A stretch of 24,638 nt of DNA from an uncultured Gemmatimonadales bacterium (GCA_963825055.1 CAWGSK010000019.1:1-24638); one strand, 5' to 3'; shown: positions 1-8,993, counted from the first letter of the stretch. Notes: generated by a model from the letters alone, not told the origin. Made by a program: numbers and translations.

Positions 1-2
1 TG

Positions 3-1373
3 CCAGCGCTCCGCTCCGCGGCCCCGGCCGCGCAGGCGGCATCGACCATTACATACGACGCCCTCATCACGCCCCAGGCGGCACAGGATTCCGTCCCGGC
101 GCCACCGGGGCAGGTGGCGGCGGGCGACAGCGCCATGGTGGACAGTCTCGTGCCGCTGTACAACGCGAGTGGCGCTCCCGGGCGTTATACCACGGTGTTG
201 TCGGGCGCCCCGAATCGATGTTCCGATCCCCAGGGCATGTCCCGGATGGTGACGGTGCTGCCCGGCGACACGGCCATTGCGGGGTATGCGGTGCGTTGTG
301 TCGAACGGCTGCACGTGGCGACTGCCACGAGCGGGCCGGGCACCGATCCGGACGGCTATGGCGTCATCATCCTGCACCAGGATGGCACGTCGGACACCAT
401 CCCGGTCGGCACGAACGACACCGCGCACATCGCCGGTGTCGTTCCGGGCCAGCACACCCTGCAATTGACCGGCGTCGAGACGAGTTGCCAGGCGCCGGCT
501 CCGCAGGCCGTCACGGTGAGCGCAGACGACTCCACACTGGTCCGGCTGACCGTGTCCTGTCCGGCCCCGCCGCCGCCAACCGGCCTCCAGGCGACCCAGG
601 TGACGACAACCGGGATCAGCCTCGCCTGGAATGCGGCGGGTCCCGACAGCGTCATCGCCGGCTACCGCATCTACCGCAACGGCACGCTGCATGATTCCAC
701 CGCTGGTACGACCTACAGTGACACCGGCCTTCCGCCGTTCACGACATTCTCGTACGCAGTGTCGTCGGTGAACCAGTCGGGGCTCGAGGGAACCCGGAGC
801 GCCACGCTTGCTGTCCGGACCCTGGACGCCACGCCGCCGACGGCTCCCCAGAACCTGACTGCCACCGCGAATGGGGGCTTCGAGGTCGATCTTGCCTGGA
901 GCGCGGCGAGCGATCCCGAGACCGGGGTAGCCCGTTACCTGCTGTACCGCGACGGCGCGCTGTTCGACAGTACGACGGCTCGCGCGTATGCGGACACGAC
1001 CCTCTCGCCGGGCGTGACCCATACCTACGCCGTGTCCGCCGTGAATGGCGCCGGAGTGGAGGGGGCGCTGAGCTCGCCCGCGACGGCCACGACGCCGGTC
1101 ATCACGACCACCGGCGAGCTGCGTGTCACGGTTACGACCTCCGGCGTCGTTCCGGTGGGCCCGTTCGAGGTGCTGCTGGAAGGAGCGGCGCAACTGACCT
1201 CGCCAGTTGATCCGAACGGAACGGCCCTGTTCACCGGGCTGGCTCCGGGGACCTATACCGTCATCCTGAGGAACGAACCCACGTCCTGTACGGTGACGGC
1301 CCCCAATCCGCGTTCGGTCGACGTCATGGCCGGCCAGCAGGCGAGGACCACGTTTACGGCGGCGTGCCAGTGA
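3..1373 (+). CDS. Surface/secreted protein with two fibronectin type III domains and three Cys-bracketed Ig-like modules (5' truncated)
   Basis: The frame is open from base 3 (PALRSAAPAAQAASTITYD...), so the true start lies upstream of the window. Two FN3 signatures: PPPPTGL..ISLAW..GYRIYRNG..YSDTGL..FSYAVSSVN and PTAPQNL..VDLAW..RYLLYRDG..YADTTL..HTYAVSAVN. TGA at 1371-1373 overlaps the next GTG. Confidence 0.85.
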   Translation, partial: PALRSAAPAAQAASTITYDALITPQAAQDSVPAPPGQVAAGDSAMVDSLVPLYNASGAPGRYTTVLSGAPNRCSDPQGMSRMVTVLPGDTAIAGYAVRCVERLHVATATSGPGTDPDGYGVIILHQDGTSDTIPVGTNDTAHIAGVVPGQHTLQLTGVETSCQAPAPQAVTVSADDSTLVRLTVSCPAPPPPTGLQATQVTTTGISLAWNAAGPDSVIAGYRIYRNGTLHDSTAGTTYSDTGLPPFTTFSYAVSSVNQSGLEGTRSATLAVRTLDATPPTAPQNLTATANGGFEVDLAWSAASDPETGVARYLLYRDGALFDSTTARAYADTTLSPGVTHTYAVSAVNGAGVEGALSSPATATTPVITTTGELRVTVTTSGVVPVGPFEVLLEGAAQLTSPVDPNGTALFTGLAPGTYTVILRNEPTSCTVTAPNPRSVDVMAGQQARTTFTAACQ

Positions 1374-4303
1374 CGCGCCGCGCGATCTGGCTCGTATCGG
1401 CCCTGGTGGTCGTCGCGGCGTGCCTGTCGGAATCCACCGGGCCGAGTGCCGGTCCACCCTCGCCGGGGCAGTCGGAGGTGCGGGTGTCCGTCCCGATACT
1501 CCAGGCGGGCGAAACCGCGATCTTCACGGTCGTAACCAACGATGCCGACGGACGACGGGTACCGGGCGGTGGGCATACCGTCGTGTTCGGCACCAACGGT
1601 GGAACCAGCCAGGGTGTGTTGGGCGCGGTACAGGATGCGGGAGACGGCACGTACAGTGCCAGCTTTGCCGCGGTCGTGGCGGGGACACCCGCCACGGTCA
1701 CGGCAAGCATCGACGGGGGCCCGGTTACGACACCCCTTCCGACCGTCCAGGTCGTGGCCGGAGCCCTGTCCCTGGCCGGCTCGATCGTCGACGTTACCCC
1801 GCGCACCGTGACGCCGGGCGGACAGGCTACCCTCACGCTGGAAACGCGGGACGCAGCCGGCAACCGGCTGGGCGAGGGGGGCCACCTGGTTGCGTTCCTC
1901 CCGTCCGGAGGCACCGCAACCGGATCCATGGGGCCGGTAACCGACCACGGGGACGGCCGCTACACGACGTCGTTCACCGGCACGGCCGTGGGAACGCCGC
2001 TTACCATTGGCGGTTCAATCGACGGTATGGCGATCACGAGCGTGCTGCCCACCCTGTCGGTATCGCAGGGCGTCTCGGCCGACTCGTCCACGCTGACGGT
2101 GTCGTCAGACACGGTCTCGATCGACCGCTCCGTTACCCTGGTGCTTCAGGTCCGGGATTCCGGCGGCGTTGCGCGGACCTCAGGCGGCGAAACCGTCGTA
2201 TTTGCCGTCCAGGCCGGCACGGGCGGCGGTGGCGGAATCATCGACAGCACGACCGACCAGGACAACGGGACCTACACCGCGACCTTCACCGCGACGCAGC
2301 CCGGACCCGTCGTGATCGGCGCCACACTCAACGGCCAGACCATCACCGGGTCCCTCCCCACAGTGACGGTCCTCGCGGCCACGCCGGCCGTTCCCCAGAA
2401 ATCGAGCGTCACCGTCTCGACCGACACCGTCGCCGCCGGCGCCACCGCGCTCCTCACGCTTACGATCCGGGATCTCGACAGCAACCAGACGTCCGCCGGG
2501 GCGGGGCTGGCCGTGACGTTCACCGCGGGCGCGGGTAATACCAGCCAGGGTACCATCGGAGCCGTGACCGACCACGGCGACGGCACCTACAGCGCCCTCT
2601 TCACCGGCACCACGACGGGGCCGGCGGCCACCATCGGGGCAATGCTCGAGGACGGCAGCCAGGTCGAGATGCTGGATTCCCTGGGCGTGTCCCACCTGCC
2701 CACGATCACGGTTGTCCCCGGCCCGGTGGTGCCGGACTCGTCACTGTTCACGGCGGCCCCGGCCCGGGTGGATGTCGGGGACTCCGCGCTGGTGCGCCTC
2801 GAGACGCGCGACGGCTACGGCAATCGCCTGGAGGCCGGCGGCCTGGTGGTGATGTTTCAGCGCGCCGGTGGCCCGGGCGTGAGCGTGGGACACCTCAGGC
2901 CGGTGACGGATGCCGGCGACGGGAGCTACCTGGCCGCGTACATCGCGGACACGGCCGGAGTGCCGGATACGATCGTGGCGACGATAGGGACTACAGCGGT
3001 CACCGCGGCGATGCCGGTGATTCAGGTGACGTGTACGCCGGGCGCGGCATCAACCCAGCAGTCCACCCTCACCGTCAACGACACGACCGCGGCCAAGGCG
3101 CCGACGAATGCGGTCGGTCTTCCCTCCGGAGTGAGTACGACGACCACGCTCACGGTGCGGGACAGCAAGGGCTGTCCCGTCACGTCATCCCACGTGGTGG
3201 TGTTCACCGTGGCCGGAGGCACCGGGACCGGGACGCTCGGGCCCACCGTGGACCAGGGTGACGGATCGTACACTGCCACCTTCACCGGCGTCCTGGCCGG
3301 CACGGCACTGGCGGTGCAGGCCACGATCGACGGCGCGCCGGTCACCTCGCCGTCGCCTGCCATTACCGTGATCCCCGGCGATATCTCCGCGCAGACGTCG
3401 CTCATCGGCATCGTCCCGCAGGCCATCGACTCCGGGGCACACAGCATCGCGACCCTGCAGGCGCACGACGCGGCGGGCAACGCCCTCACCACGGGTGGCC
3501 GGGGCGTGACCTTCAGTTTCGCGGGACCCGGCTCGCACGGCACGCTTGGCCCGACGACCGATCTCGGGAATGGCACGTACACCTCGGTCTACACCGCAAC
3601 GACGGTGGCCCCGGGTGTACCGGATGCGGTGACGGCGACGATCGAAGGAACCCCGGTCCAGACCCCGCCGGGGCAGGTGGAGGTGGTGGCGGGAACGATT
3701 TCGCCCGATCAGTCAGACATAACGGTGGGCGGTTCCGCGGTGGCCGCCGGGGATTCCGTGCTGGTGACCCTCACGGGGCGGGATGCCTCCGGGCGCCTCC
3801 TGGTCACGGGTGATCGTCCGACCGCGCTCGTCTTCACCCAGGCGGGCTCCGGCACGGGTGTGTTCGGGCCGGTGGCAAACCATGATGATGGCACGTACTC
3901 CGCGTGGTTCCAGGGCCGGACCGCGGGCGCCGCGACCATCGGCGCACTGATCGGCGGACAGCCGGTCACCACGCCGCTGCCCTCCGTCACGATATCGGCA
4001 GGACCGGCGTCCACGGCAACATCCACGGTGAGCGCGGCGGCGACGAGCGTGCCGGTCGGCGGGACGACCACGGTCGAACTGCAGGTGTTCGATGCCTATG
4101 GGAATCCGGTCAACGATCCCGGGCTGTCCATCGTCTTCAGCGCCGCGCCCGGCTCTGTGGGAAGCATTGGGGCAGCGGCATACGTCAGTACCAACCGCTG
4201 GTCGGCAACGTTCACGGGCGTTGGCTCGGGATCGGCCGCCGTCACGGCCTCGATCGGCGGGCTCCCGCTGGCCACGCCGCCCGTGGTCATTGGAGTGCCA
4301 TAG
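1370..4303 (+). CDS. Lipoprotein with about 9 tandem invasin-type (Big_1/Invasin_D3-like) Ig domains; putative adhesin
   Basis: Signal peptide with lipobox (MTRRAIWLVSALVVVAA-C). Nine ~100-110 aa repeats carry DxGDGTYxAxF or variants, and most carry RDxxGN-like motifs. GTG at 1370 gives a GTGA overlap with the upstream stop; the ORF-track start at 1364 is an alternative. Confidence 0.85.
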   Translation: MTRRAIWLVSALVVVAACLSESTGPSAGPPSPGQSEVRVSVPILQAGETAIFTVVTNDADGRRVPGGGHTVVFGTNGGTSQGVLGAVQDAGDGTYSASFAAVVAGTPATVTASIDGGPVTTPLPTVQVVAGALSLAGSIVDVTPRTVTPGGQATLTLETRDAAGNRLGEGGHLVAFLPSGGTATGSMGPVTDHGDGRYTTSFTGTAVGTPLTIGGSIDGMAITSVLPTLSVSQGVSADSSTLTVSSDTVSIDRSVTLVLQVRDSGGVARTSGGETVVFAVQAGTGGGGGIIDSTTDQDNGTYTATFTATQPGPVVIGATLNGQTITGSLPTVTVLAATPAVPQKSSVTVSTDTVAAGATALLTLTIRDLDSNQTSAGAGLAVTFTAGAGNTSQGTIGAVTDHGDGTYSALFTGTTTGPAATIGAMLEDGSQVEMLDSLGVSHLPTITVVPGPVVPDSSLFTAAPARVDVGDSALVRLETRDGYGNRLEAGGLVVMFQRAGGPGVSVGHLRPVTDAGDGSYLAAYIADTAGVPDTIVATIGTTAVTAAMPVIQVTCTPGAASTQQSTLTVNDTTAAKAPTNAVGLPSGVSTTTTLTVRDSKGCPVTSSHVVVFTVAGGTGTGTLGPTVDQGDGSYTATFTGVLAGTALAVQATIDGAPVTSPSPAITVIPGDISAQTSLIGIVPQAIDSGAHSIATLQAHDAAGNALTTGGRGVTFSFAGPGSHGTLGPTTDLGNGTYTSVYTATTVAPGVPDAVTATIEGTPVQTPPGQVEVVAGTISPDQSDITVGGSAVAAGDSVLVTLTGRDASGRLLVTGDRPTALVFTQAGSGTGVFGPVANHDDGTYSAWFQGRTAGAATIGALIGGQPVTTPLPSVTISAGPASTATSTVSAAATSVPVGGTTTVELQVFDAYGNPVNDPGLSIVFSAAPGSVGSIGAAAYVSTNRWSATFTGVGSGSAAVTASIGGLPLATPPVVIGVP

Positions 4304-4320
4304 CTACCCGGTGCCGGCCG

Positions 4321-4875
4321 TCAGCCGTCTTCGCGTTTCACTGTCAGCTCGACGACCGGCATCCCTTCCTTCCCATCCCGACTGAACCTGCCCACTTCGT
4401 GCCAGACCCCTTCCGGTGTCATTTCCATCGTGTATCGGACGCTGCCCCCGGCGATGTCGAATCCCCAGGTAAATCCGTTCTCCGTCAGGGTCAGCACAAA
4501 CTCTCCCTGGGTGCCGGCGAGGGTCCAGCTCCGCATGACATAGCCCTTGTCCGGCTGCCAGTCGACAACAGCGACCGCATTGAAGGCTGTGTCCGCCGGC
4601 TCGCCATCTACGAGCCTCCGGCCAAGGCCCTCGATGAGCAGGACCTGGCCGCCGAGCTTGTAGCGGACATTCTCCGACTGGAGCATCTCCAGGCGCTGTC
4701 CACCGCGGATCGCGGCCCAGGCCGGGCCTGTCCAGCGGCCGACCAGGAACCCGAGCTTCTCCATGTGTTGGCGGCGCGCGGCCGTATCGGGCATGGCCGG
4801 CCCCTGTGCCGCGAGGGGTGTGGCGAGGGTCAGGATTAGAAAGGTCGACAGCGCTGCGCGGACAACGATCTGCAT
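4321..4875 (-). CDS. Secreted hypothetical protein, DUF1579-like beta-barrel
   Basis: ATG at 4875 is preceded by an AGGAG RBS. Signal peptide ends PLAA-Q. The MEKLGFLVGRWTG motif and beta-rich body resemble DUF1579-type proteins. The longer ORF-track start (5064) overlaps the araC gene. Confidence 0.65.
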   Translation of the reverse strand: MQIVVRAALSTFLILTLATPLAAQGPAMPDTAARRQHMEKLGFLVGRWTGPAWAAIRGGQRLEMLQSENVRYKLGGQVLLIEGLGRRLVDGEPADTAFNAVAVVDWQPDKGYVMRSWTLAGTQGEFVLTLTENGFTWGFDIAGGSVRYTMEMTPEGVWHEVGRFSRDGKEGMPVVELTVKREDG

Positions 4876-4931
4876 GCCGGTCTCCTGGTCTTGGCGGGTC
4901 CCAACAAGATGCACAAGACGGGCGTCGCCTG

Positions 4932-4948
4932 CTTGAACAAACGCGACA
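4932..4948 (-). promoter_or_regulatory. Candidate AraC-dependent promoter/operator TGTCGCGTTTGTTCAAG
   Basis: Lies directly after the araC stop and upstream of the secreted-protein gene. It resembles a motif I recall at the 3' ends of this AraC subfamily; not verified. Confidence 0.35.
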
Positions 4949-5737
4949 TCATGGTCGCACCGCCTCGTGGGTGATCGCAGCCACGTATGCGGCGATGTCG
5001 CCAGCGGAGGCGCCAGCCAGCCGGCGGAACTCCCGAGCCAGATGGGCCTGGTCGGCGTATCCAAACTCGGCGGCCACGGTGCTCCAGCTTCTGGCAGAAG
5101 GTTCGAGCAGGTGCATCAGTGCGCCGCGCAGGCGGCGGATCCGGGCGTAGGTCTTGAGGGTGAGGCCGGTCGCCCGGAGGAATCGACGCTGCAGCTGGCG
5201 GATGCCGATACCGGCCTGCGCCCCGAGCGAGGTGACGGGCGCCGCGCCGCAGGAGGCGTTGATCGCGATGACCGCCAGACGCACGGCGGGATCGGGCGCG
5301 GAGGCTTCCGAGACGCGGGGGCGCATGACCTGGTCACAGGCCGAGCGGGATGCTTCCGGCCCTGAGGTCCGCGTGAGGCTCGCGAGCACGGCATTCGCAT
5401 CTTCCCCAAGAACCCGCGCCGCCGGCACGACCGTTCCCGCGAGGCCGTGCGGATCACAGTGCAGGACGAGGCGAGCCGTGTCGGGCCAGAACCGAATGCC
5501 CCAGTAGCGGCTTCCGGGTTGGACGGGAATCATCTGGGGTGTGTCGTGCGGGCCCTGAAGGGCGAGATGACGGGCGGATCCGGCCTCGACGGCAATCAGG
5601 GCCATGCAGCCGTCGGGAAGGACCCGATGCAGGTGCCCCGCGGGAACATCATCATCAACCACCAGATGCCAATAACGGGCGATGTGTCCGGCCAGCCTCG
5701 GCGCCGGGTCCATTTCGGTAAACGTGATACCGGGCAC
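4949..5737 (-). CDS. AraC-family transcriptional regulator (DUF6597-like N-terminus + HTH_18)
   Basis: N-terminal PAPRLAGHIARYW...RVLPDGC...GIRFWP. C-terminal GIGIRQLQRRF...GLTLKTYARIRRL...WSTVAAEFGYADQAHLAREFRRLAG. Confidence 0.92.
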   Translation of the reverse strand: MPGITFTEMDPAPRLAGHIARYWHLVVDDDVPAGHLHRVLPDGCMALIAVEAGSARHLALQGPHDTPQMIPVQPGSRYWGIRFWPDTARLVLHCDPHGLAGTVVPAARVLGEDANAVLASLTRTSGPEASRSACDQVMRPRVSEASAPDPAVRLAVIAINASCGAAPVTSLGAQAGIGIRQLQRRFLRATGLTLKTYARIRRLRGALMHLLEPSARSWSTVAAEFGYADQAHLAREFRRLAGASAGDIAAYVAAITHEAVRP

Positions 5738-5744
5738 GGTGACT

Positions 5745-7232
5745 TCAGCTGGCTGGCCGGGCCCGCTCCCGGGCCCAGCTGCGCAGCCCCTCCACCATCT
5801 CCCGCCGCGTCACCGCCAGCGGCTGGGTGCGGCTGATCTCCTCCAGCAGCAACTCGGTCGACAACCGGGGCTCTCCTTCGAGCACTGCATACAACCCTGA
5901 GACGATCGCCTGCTCCAACTCGGCGCCGGTCCAGCCTCCGGTCGCGCCGGTAAGCCGCTCGAGGTCAAAGGCGGTGGGGTCCTGGCTCCGCTTGGTGAGC
6001 TGCAGCGCCAGGATGGCGCGCCGTTCCTCCGCGGTCGGCAGGTCGATGAAGAAGATCTCGTCGAAGCGGCCCTTCCGGAGCAGTTCGGCCGGGAGGCGCT
6101 GGATATCGTTCGCGGTCGCGACCACGAAGACCGGCGGCTGGCGCTCCTGGAGCCAGGACAGGAACGAGCCGAGCAGCCGGAGCGAGAGTCCGCCATCGTT
6201 GCTATTCCCGTCGGTGGCGAAGGCCTTTTCGATTTCGTCGATCCAGAGCACGACGGGTGCCGCCTGCTCGGCGGCGCGGATGGCGCGGTGCAGGTTACGC
6301 TCGGTCTCGCCCACGTACTTGTTGTAGAGGCGCGCGCTGTCCAGCCGGACGAGCGGCAGGCCCCATGCCCGCGCGATTGCCTTGGCCGAGAGGCTCTTGC
6401 CGCAGCCCGGGACGCCGAGAAGCAGCAGGCCCCGGGGGAAGGGGAGGCCAAGGGAGCGGGCGCGCTCTGGTTCCCGGATCAGGGCCTCGCGTCTCTGGAG
6501 CCAGTCCTTGAGACGTTCCAGGCCGGCGACATCGTCCAGGGTTTCGTCCACCGTGTAGTACTCGAGGAGGCTCTCCTGGACGATGCTCTCGCGCTTGGCC
6601 CGGGCCACGCGGGCGATGTCATCGGCGTGCAGCCGGCCGTCTTCGAGCATGACCCGGGTGAGGATGCGGCGTGCCTCGGTCGTGGTCAGCCCCCGGAGAT
6701 TCTGGAGCAGCTGGTTTGTTTCCTCTGGCGCCAGTTCCATCTTTGGCTGGAGGTCACTCGCCAGGCGTGCGAGGAGTGCCCGGTACTCCTCGAGGGTCGG
6801 ATCCGGAAGCGCCAGCGTGGCGGCATCCCGCGACAGTCCTGACGGGAGCCGGACCGCATCGCCCTGAAGGAGGACCGCGCCACGGCGCTGTCCCAGGACC
6901 TGGGCGCATTCGCGGAGAGCCGAGGCAACCCCAGGCTCCTCCAGCCAGGGTTCGGTCACGGGGAAGATGAACAGACCTTCCACCGCCATCGAGGCAACGG
7001 CCCGGAGTGCGCCGAGCGGAACGTCGGTGCCCTCGCGCGGCGCCTCGCTCGCACCGAGCTGTTCGAGGCCGGCATGGCGGGTCCAGCGCCACATCCGGAG
7101 CGAAAGCCGTGAGGCCGCCTGCCGCACGAGGGCATCCGCGCGGGCCTCGTCCGCCGTGTCGAGCACGATGATGCCGTAGCGCGAACGAATGAGGATGTCG
7201 AGCTCGGACTGGGGGTCGGTGGCGGGGGGCAT
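5745..7232 (-). CDS. AAA+ ATPase, Ycf46/SpoVK-like
   Basis: Walker A GVPGCGKS, Walker B VLWIDEIEK, sensor/SRH VATAN..LPAELLRKGRFDEIFFIDLP. Degenerate N-terminal AAA-like domain and C-terminal PLAVTRRE..LRSWARERARPAS typical of Ycf46-like proteins. Confidence 0.9.
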   Translation of the reverse strand: MPPATDPQSELDILIRSRYGIIVLDTADEARADALVRQAASRLSLRMWRWTRHAGLEQLGASEAPREGTDVPLGALRAVASMAVEGLFIFPVTEPWLEEPGVASALRECAQVLGQRRGAVLLQGDAVRLPSGLSRDAATLALPDPTLEEYRALLARLASDLQPKMELAPEETNQLLQNLRGLTTTEARRILTRVMLEDGRLHADDIARVARAKRESIVQESLLEYYTVDETLDDVAGLERLKDWLQRREALIREPERARSLGLPFPRGLLLLGVPGCGKSLSAKAIARAWGLPLVRLDSARLYNKYVGETERNLHRAIRAAEQAAPVVLWIDEIEKAFATDGNSNDGGLSLRLLGSFLSWLQERQPPVFVVATANDIQRLPAELLRKGRFDEIFFIDLPTAEERRAILALQLTKRSQDPTAFDLERLTGATGGWTGAELEQAIVSGLYAVLEGEPRLSTELLLEEISRTQPLAVTRREMVEGLRSWARERARPAS

Positions 7233-7244
7233 GGAGATAGTTTA
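7233..7244 (-). promoter_or_regulatory. -10 element of a probable leaderless promoter (TAAACT-6 nt-ATG)
   Basis: Minus strand reads TAAACT ATCTCC ATG, with no SD sequence. Confidence 0.5.
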
Positions 7245-7415
7245 GCGGACAGGCGGACAGGCGGACAGGCGGACAGGCGGACAGGCGGACAGGCGGACAG
7301 GCGGACAGGCGGACAGGCGGACAAGGCGGACAAGGCGGACAGGCGGACAGGCGGACAGGCGGACAGGCGGACAGGCGGACAGGCGGACAAGGCGGACAAG
7401 GCGGACAAGGCGGAC
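7244..7415 (+). repeat. Tandem repeat (GGCGGACA/GGCGGACAA), 20 full units plus 1 partial
   Basis: Hand count: 9 x 8-mer (first unit AGCGGACA), 2 x 9-mer, 6 x 8-mer, 3 x 9-mer, then a partial unit. Intergenic between divergent genes. Confidence 0.97.
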
Positions 7416-7470
7416 CGGAATATGAACCGTCGCCGGCAGGCGACGATGTGCCGAGCAGCGGCTTCAGCCG

Positions 7471-7568
7471 CGTGGACAAGACGGACGGGCGGACAGGCGG
7501 ACAGGCGGACGGTAACGACTCAACGACTTAACGACTCAACGACACCCGATACCCGATACCCGATACCC
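7471..7568 (+). repeat. Composite short tandem repeats: ~5 x GGCGGACA-like, ~4 x AACGACTC, 3.5 x ACCCGAT abutting the ATG
   Basis: Read directly at 7471-7511, 7514-7543 and 7544-7568. Confidence 0.93.
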
Positions 7569-8993
7569 ATGTCCCATTCCACCATCCGACTCGATTCACC
7601 CGCCGGCCGCTGGACCATCGCTGCCAGTGTGCTGGGGTCGGGTGCTGCGTTTCTCGAGACGACGGTCGTCAACGTCGCCCTTCCCTCGATTGCGCGGGAC
7701 TTCGGAACCGGGATCGAGGGACTCCAGTGGGTGCTCGATGGCTACCTGCTCGCCCTCGGTGCCCTCATGCTGTTCGGCGGGTCCCTGGGCGACGTCTTTT
7801 CCCGTCGGCGCGTGTTTGCGGCAGGGCTGGTGGGCTTTGCCCTGACCTCGCTCCTCTGTGCCTTCGCGCCATGGCTCTGGTTGCTGGTGACACTCCGCCT
7901 GCTGCAGGGCGCTGCGGGGGCCATGCTGGTGCCGAACAGCCTGGCCCTGCTGGAGGAGTTGTTCGTGGAGGAGGACCGCGGTACCGCAATCGGTCGATGG
8001 GCCGGATGGTCCGCGGTGTCCACGGCGCTGGGGCCGCTCGCGGGCGGATGGCTGGTGGACGCGCTGGGATGGCGGTGGGTGTTCGGCGTGATTGCGCCCT
8101 TTGCCCTGGCGGCCGCCTGGGTAGTCCTGGCAAGAATCCCCGAATCCGCCGTGAGCCGGCCTGCATCCGGAACCTCCTGGTACGCAGCGCTGGATATGCG
8201 GGGGGCTGTGCTGGGAACCCTTGGCCTGGCGGGGGTGGTGGCAGCATTGATCGAGGGGCCGGGCCTTGGATTCGGTGATCCGCTGATCCTGGCCATCGGC
8301 CTGGGCGGGCTGGCCTTTCTGGCGTTCTTCGTGCTCGCGGAACAGCGGACCCATCGTCCACTGCTCCCCCTCGGCATTTTCCGCTCCCGGCAGTTTTCCG
8401 GGGCCAACCTGGTCACGCTCTGCCTCTACGCGGCGCTGGGGGGCGTTTTCTTTCTGCTGATGGTCGAGCTGCAGAGTGTGCTGGGCTATGGCGCCCTGAA
8501 GGCCGGTGCGTCGCTGCTGCCCATCAATGGCCTCATGCTGCTGCTCTCTCCCGCCGCCGGCCGGTTCGGCGAGCGCCATGGCCCGCGGCTACCCATGACT
8601 GCCGGAGCACTGGTTGCCGGAGCCGGCGCGCTCCTGCTCACGAGGATCCATCCCGGGGCGTCCTACCTGGGCGCCGTGCTGCCGGCTGTGCTGGTCTTCG
8701 GACTGGGCCTGTCGTTCTTCGTGGCGCCGCTCACTTCGGCGGTGCTCGGTGCGGTTGATTCACGACAGGCCGGGATCGCCTCGGCGATCAACAACGCCGC
8801 GGCGCGCGTGGCCGGACTGGTGGCCACGGCACTGCTCCCCGCGCTGGCCGGCCTTGGCGGTGTCCTGGACCTGGGCGGCGACCGGTTCGACGCCGGATTT
8901 CCTGTGGCAATGATGATCTGTTCAGGACTCTGCCTGGCCGCCGCCCTGGTTGCGTGGTGGACTGTGGAGCGGGCCTCCCCGGCTAGCGACTAA
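7569..8993 (+). CDS. MFS transporter, DHA2 (14-TMS drug:H+ antiporter) family
   Basis: LETTVVNVALPSI, LQWVLDGYLL, GGSLGDVFSRRR (motif A), LGPLAGG..LGWRWVF and PLLPLGIFRSRQF. Start placed at ATG 7569 because the ORF-track extension is translated repeat DNA. Confidence 0.92.
   Translation: MSHSTIRLDSPAGRWTIAASVLGSGAAFLETTVVNVALPSIARDFGTGIEGLQWVLDGYLLALGALMLFGGSLGDVFSRRRVFAAGLVGFALTSLLCAFAPWLWLLVTLRLLQGAAGAMLVPNSLALLEELFVEEDRGTAIGRWAGWSAVSTALGPLAGGWLVDALGWRWVFGVIAPFALAAAWVVLARIPESAVSRPASGTSWYAALDMRGAVLGTLGLAGVVAALIEGPGLGFGDPLILAIGLGGLAFLAFFVLAEQRTHRPLLPLGIFRSRQFSGANLVTLCLYAALGGVFFLLMVELQSVLGYGALKAGASLLPINGLMLLLSPAAGRFGERHGPRLPMTAGALVAGAGALLLTRIHPGASYLGAVLPAVLVFGLGLSFFVAPLTSAVLGAVDSRQAGIASAINNAAARVAGLVATALLPALAGLGGVLDLGGDRFDAGFPVAMMICSGLCLAAALVAWWTVERASPASD

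Noticed and set aside
1370..4303. True invasin/intimin (inverse autotransporter)
   Set aside because: No N-terminal beta-barrel or LysM domain; only Ig repeats after a lipobox.
7244..7415. Possible CRISPR array
   Set aside because: Units are 8-9 bp and directly adjacent with no unique spacers; no cas genes in the window.
7428..7445. CGTCGCC-GGCA-GGCGACG hairpin as a terminator
   Set aside because: It lies between divergent gene starts, has only a 7-bp stem and no U-tract, and is plausible by chance at this GC content.
6754..7479. ORFs encoding ACPPVRLS / CPPCPP repeat peptides (6754-7479, 6956-7408)
   Set aside because: They are translations of the DNA tandem repeat and overlap the AAA ATPase gene out of frame.
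7422..7568. N-terminal extension of the MFS ORF (likewise 12768-12881 for GSIII, 11358-11501, 4876-5064 and 12313-12345)
   Set aside because: The extensions translate repeats or intergenic DNA (e.g. PDTRYPIP). Family similarity, signal peptides or RBSs point to the downstream starts.
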